A program made the position numbers and the translations under genes. Positions 61,030 through 64,000 of a stretch of DNA of 64,000 nt are shown here, piece by piece. Position 1 is the first letter of the stretch. Every line of letters begins with the position of its first letter. This DNA comes from Lachnospiraceae bacterium. Its GTDB lineage: Bacteria; Bacillota; Clostridia; Lachnospirales; Lachnospiraceae. The notes under the pieces are model-generated. The model saw only the letters and a list, made by a program, of their open reading frames with translations. It searched no databases and was not told where the DNA came from. The stretch lies in assembly GCA_045130455.1 (NCBI GenBank), contig JBGUPV010000155.1, positions 22,890 to 86,889 of the forward strand. The letters run 5' to 3'.

Positions 61030-62785
61030 CACCAAGATCGCCCGTCCGAAGGACACCAAAGGCACGATCCGCAGACTCCTGTCCTACCTCTCGCGCTACC
61101 GCATCCCCATGGGCATCGCGCTGATCCTGTCCTTAAGTTCCAACCTGCTCGCGCTTGCGGGCCCCAAGCTCGCCGGCAAAGCGATCGACGCGATCGGCGA
61201 GAAGCCTGGCATGGCGGATTTTTCGAAGGTCGCCCACTACGCCCGATTGATGATCATCCTCTACATTGCCTCGGCCGTATGCACCTTCGTGCTCTCGGTC
61301 CTGATGATGAAAGTCGGCCGCGCGGTCGGCAAGAGACTCCGCAAGGAAGTGTTTGACAAGCTTATGAAAATGCCTGTCGGATACTTTGACACGCACCAGA
61401 CCGGCGACATCATCAGCCGCGTCTCGTACGACATCGACGTCATCAGCAACTCGCTCTCGACCGATGTTGTGCAGATCCTCGCGAGTATCGTCACGGTCGT
61501 CGGCGCGTTTATCATGATGATCACCGTGTGCCCGCCCCTCGTTCTGGCGGTGCTGATCACGATCCCGCTCTCGATCTTCTACACCCGCTGGATCACAAGA
61601 AAGACCCGGCCGGTGCTGGCCAAACGGTCCGCGATGTACGGCGAGCTGAACGGTTTCTCCGAGGAGATGTTCTCCGGTCAGAAGACCATCCAGGCGTACG
61701 CGCATGAGGAGATCACCCTCGGCGATTTCGATGAGATCAACGAGGCGACGTGCAAGGCATTTTACGACGCCGACTACTTATCCTCGCAGATCGGTCCGTC
61801 GATCAGCTTTATCAACAATCTGTCCCTCGCCCTCACCGCGATGTTCGGATCCATCTTCTACATGAAGAAGATCATCGACCTCGGCCAGATTTCGTCGTTC
61901 GTTCTCTACACGCGCAAATTCTCCGGCCCGATCAACGAGGTCGCCAACATCGCCAACGAGATCCTCTCGGCGCTTGCGGCCGCGGAGCGCGTCTTCAACC
62001 TTCTGAACGAGTGCGACGAGGTCGCGGACCTCAAGGACGCCGTCGAACTCTCGGAGGTGCGCGGCGAGGTCGAGCTCGAGGATGTCAACTTCTCGTACAT
62101 TCCCGAGAAGCCGATCCTGCGCGACATCAACCTTCACGCGGAGGCCGGGAAAATGATCGCCATCGTCGGTCCTACCGGCTCCGGCAAGACGACCATCATC
62201 AACCTGCTGATGCGGTTCTACGAGCCGGTCTCCGGCCAGATCTACGTGGACGATACGCCGCATGAGCATTTTACGATGGAGTCCCTGCGGCGCGCTTACG
62301 CGCTCGTGCTGCAGGACACCTGGGTGTTCCACGGCACGATCTACGACAACATCGCCTACGGCCGCATCGGCGCGACGAAGGACGAAGTCATCGCCGCCGC
62401 GAAGGCCGCGCACATCCACCATTACATCATGTGTCTGCCGCAGGGCTATGACACCGTGATCACGGAGGACGGCGGCAACATATCGAAGGGCCAGAAGCAG
62501 CTCCTTACCATCGCCCGCGCGATGCTCTATGATGCCAAGATGCTCATCCTCGACGAGGCGACCAGCAACGTCGACACCCGCACCGAGCGCCGCATTCAGG
62601 AAGCGATGCGCACCCTGATGAAGGGCAAGACCTGCTTCGTCATCGCACACCGCCTCTCCACCATCCGCAACGCGGACAGCATCCTCGTGATCGGCAACGG
62701 TTCCATCATCGAGAGCGGAACCCACGACGGCCTCATGGAAAAGAAGGGCCGCTACTACGAACTGTATCAAGCACAATTTGAATAA
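61016..62785 (+). CDS. ABC exporter, fused permease/ATPase (heterodimer subunit 2)
   Basis: The ATG at 61016 follows AGGAGG and overlaps the upstream stop by 14 nt. Walker A GPTGSGKTT, a variant signature ISKGQKQL, Walker B MLILDEATSNVD. Confidence 0.92.
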   Translation: MPLLSTKIARPKDTKGTIRRLLSYLSRYRIPMGIALILSLSSNLLALAGPKLAGKAIDAIGEKPGMADFSKVAHYARLMIILYIASAVCTFVLSVLMMKVGRAVGKRLRKEVFDKLMKMPVGYFDTHQTGDIISRVSYDIDVISNSLSTDVVQILASIVTVVGAFIMMITVCPPLVLAVLITIPLSIFYTRWITRKTRPVLAKRSAMYGELNGFSEEMFSGQKTIQAYAHEEITLGDFDEINEATCKAFYDADYLSSQIGPSISFINNLSLALTAMFGSIFYMKKIIDLGQISSFVLYTRKFSGPINEVANIANEILSALAAAERVFNLLNECDEVADLKDAVELSEVRGEVELEDVNFSYIPEKPILRDINLHAEAGKMIAIVGPTGSGKTTIINLLMRFYEPVSGQIYVDDTPHEHFTMESLRRAYALVLQDTWVFHGTIYDNIAYGRIGATKDEVIAAAKAAHIHHYIMCLPQGYDTVITEDGGNISKGQKQLLTIARAMLYDAKMLILDEATSNVDTRTERRIQEAMRTLMKGKTCFVIAHRLSTIRNADSILVIGNGSIIESGTHDGLMEKKGRYYELYQAQFE

Positions 62786-62909
62786 AGGAAAGAGTAACGA
62801 AGTAAAGAACCGTCACTGGCGTGAGCGGATTTGCCGTGAAAGCTTGCTTTCTGACGGCAAAGACGGTCATGACAGGGCGGAGCGGGAACGAAGTTACCGC
62901 CCGCACACA

Positions 62910-62946
62910 CCGCAGAAATGCGGCGTCCTCTGCCGCATTTCTGCGG
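62910..62946 (+). terminator. perfect 15-bp hairpin downstream of the ABC operon (probable terminator, weak U-tract)
   Basis: CCGCAGAAATGCGGC-gtcctct-GCCGCATTTCTGCGG followed by TTGA. Confidence 0.5.
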
Positions 62947-62948
62947 TT

Positions 62949-63039
62949 GACGGTTCACGTGTCAGCTGACGGTTCACATGTCAGCTGACGGTTCACGTGT
63001 CAGCTGACGGTTCACGTGTCAGCTGACGCTTACGTCAGC
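62949..63039. repeat. four 19-bp direct repeats, each containing the perfect 10-bp palindrome GTCAGCTGAC, plus a terminal half-site hairpin
   Basis: The unit GACGGTTCACGTGTCAGCT starts at 62949, 62968 (one A/G change), 62987 and 63006. The palindromes lie at 62961-70, 62980-89, 62999-63008 and 63018-27. The array ends with GCTGACG-ctta-CGTCAGC (63022-63039). Confidence 0.9.
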
Positions 63040-63064
63040 ACTTATCCAAAGAAAGGAATTCCCC

Positions 63065-63403
63065 ATGGTTGAGAGAAAGGATCTATTATCCCTCGGATTT
63101 TACAAGAAAAACCCCTTTGCAGGAAGCCGCGGCAATCTGCGCTACCGCATTGAAAACTTCAAGGAGGAGGACGGCGTCGACGGCAAAGGAAAGCCCAAAT
63201 TCAAGATCGTCGGGTTGCGCGTCACAACCTTCCCCGGACCGTTCAGTTACGACAACACGGACGCCTCCCACAAGGAGACGAAGGATTTTCCGTTCACGAG
63301 CGAAGCTCTCGACGAGATCACGGACTACCTTAACAGTCTGCCCGAACCGGAGCTGATCTCCATCAAAGAGTTTCTCTCGAAGCAGGAAACTGCTTCGGAA
63401 TAG
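63065..63403 (+). CDS. small hypothetical protein (112 aa)
   Basis: The ATG at 63065 is preceded by GAAAGGA. MVERKDLLSLGFYKKNPFAGSRGNLRYRIENFKEEDG... No motif is recognised. A weak hairpin plus T-run lies at about 63428-63471. Confidence 0.6.
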   Translation: MVERKDLLSLGFYKKNPFAGSRGNLRYRIENFKEEDGVDGKGKPKFKIVGLRVTTFPGPFSYDNTDASHKETKDFPFTSEALDEITDYLNSLPEPELISIKEFLSKQETASE

Positions 63404-63544
63404 AAGGCATCGAACAAGAGATACAAAGGGCCGCCCCCCACGGGCCGGCCCTGAATAGTTTTTGACTCTATCTGTTTCTCAAAAGTCACTATGCACTTAC
63501 ACGAAACAATTTATAGTAAATACAGTATTACATCTTTATGATGG

Positions 63545-64000
63545 TTATTCGTCAGGCCCAAGCCGGCACCAACCGCCATCGCGCCGCGAACCACTAAAAT
63601 ACATATACCAAACACCATCCTTCACTGCATAACCAAGCCCATCATACTCAGAATAATTAGTCTGCCCATCTTCCTCCGGAAGTTTAAACAAATCTCCGGT
63701 ATATGTAACAGTTCCCATCTGATATTCTAAAAAATCTCCCTCAACCCCTTCTTTAACCTGCATAAGTGTTCCGTCAACCATAACATAATAAGGCGGAACG
63801 TTCGGACACACTGTCGGTGTGGCTGTCAATTGTGGTTTAGTATTTTTCGCCTCTTGCAAGTTTGCATCATTCTCCTTCTCTTGCGTTCCTACCGCCACCT
63901 GATTGCTTTCTGATGTTTCTTGGGTCGACGATGATCCTCCCATTTCCCTATCACCGCATCCAGATAACAACAGAATTATTAGTAATCCGGCAAATGCTAC
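63545..64000 (-). CDS. lipoprotein, unknown function (5' end outside window)
   Basis: The reading frame stays open to the window edge. Upstream of the track's Met the translation continues ...VAFAGLLIILLLLSGCGDRE, a signal peptide with lipobox LLSGC. The gene is AT-rich compared with the rest of the window. Confidence 0.7.
   Translation of the reverse strand, partial: VAFAGLLIILLLSGCGDREMGGSSSTQETSESNQVAVGTQEKENDANLQEAKNTKPQLTATPTVCPNVPPYYVMVDGTLMQVKEGVEGDFLEYQMGTVTYTGDLFKLPEEDGQTNYSEYDGLGYAVKDGVWYMYFSGSRRDGGWCRLGPDE

Noticed and set aside
62949-63039. Possible CRISPR array.
   Set aside because: The 19-bp units are directly contiguous, with no unique spacers between them. There are only four copies and no cas genes in the window.

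Overview
This is a 64-kb chromosomal segment of a high-GC Firmicutes/Clostridia-type genome. The taxon call rests on a T-box leader, an L20 leader, an ATT-start infC, lipobox lipoproteins and GGAGG-type RBSs. Hand counts give about 65% GC in typical coding lines. I call about 50 CDS, more than 80% on the minus strand, and no rRNA, tRNA, CRISPR, transposase or integrase.

Housekeeping genes: valS, infC-rpmI-rplT, proC, a CBS-type family II pyrophosphatase, an acyl-CoA ligase with an acyl-ACP thioesterase, an Fe-ADH, a transsulfuration pair plus metNIQ, and two ABC exporter halves.

Accessory content worth a second look:
1. A roughly 15.6-kb, 12-gene minus-strand cluster (27564 to 11949) runs from one promoter. 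It links a membrane anchor, a 1190-aa protein of unknown function, a BI-1/YccA membrane protein, a degenerate Hsp70/actin-like protein, a TPR-like protein, an HD hydrolase and a CmpB-like membrane protein directly to five tandem YD-repeat lipoproteins.
2. A second lipoprotein operon holds a sixth YD lipoprotein and three tandem RsiV/PdaC-like (DUF4163/DUF3298-type) lipoproteins.
3. A 45-codon ORF rich in Cys and Met codons, with a strong SD, sits inside the leader of the Cys/Met operon. It lies next to antiterminator/terminator alternatives, so it is a candidate peptide-mediated attenuator.
4. A NADAR-(AEAKAAA)n-Macro fusion protein.
5. A low-GC islet encodes an S8 protease with Glu in the catalytic Asp position, plus a lipoprotein built from two copies of the protease's own prodomain.
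6. A 1368-aa membrane protein has EEEARRAAE repeats and a SHOCT tail.
7. An array of four 19-bp direct repeats, each carrying a perfect 10-bp palindrome, lies upstream of a small ORF.

Many long ORFs in the track are antisense shadows of real genes and were rejected. All domain calls come from motif recognition by eye. No searches were run.
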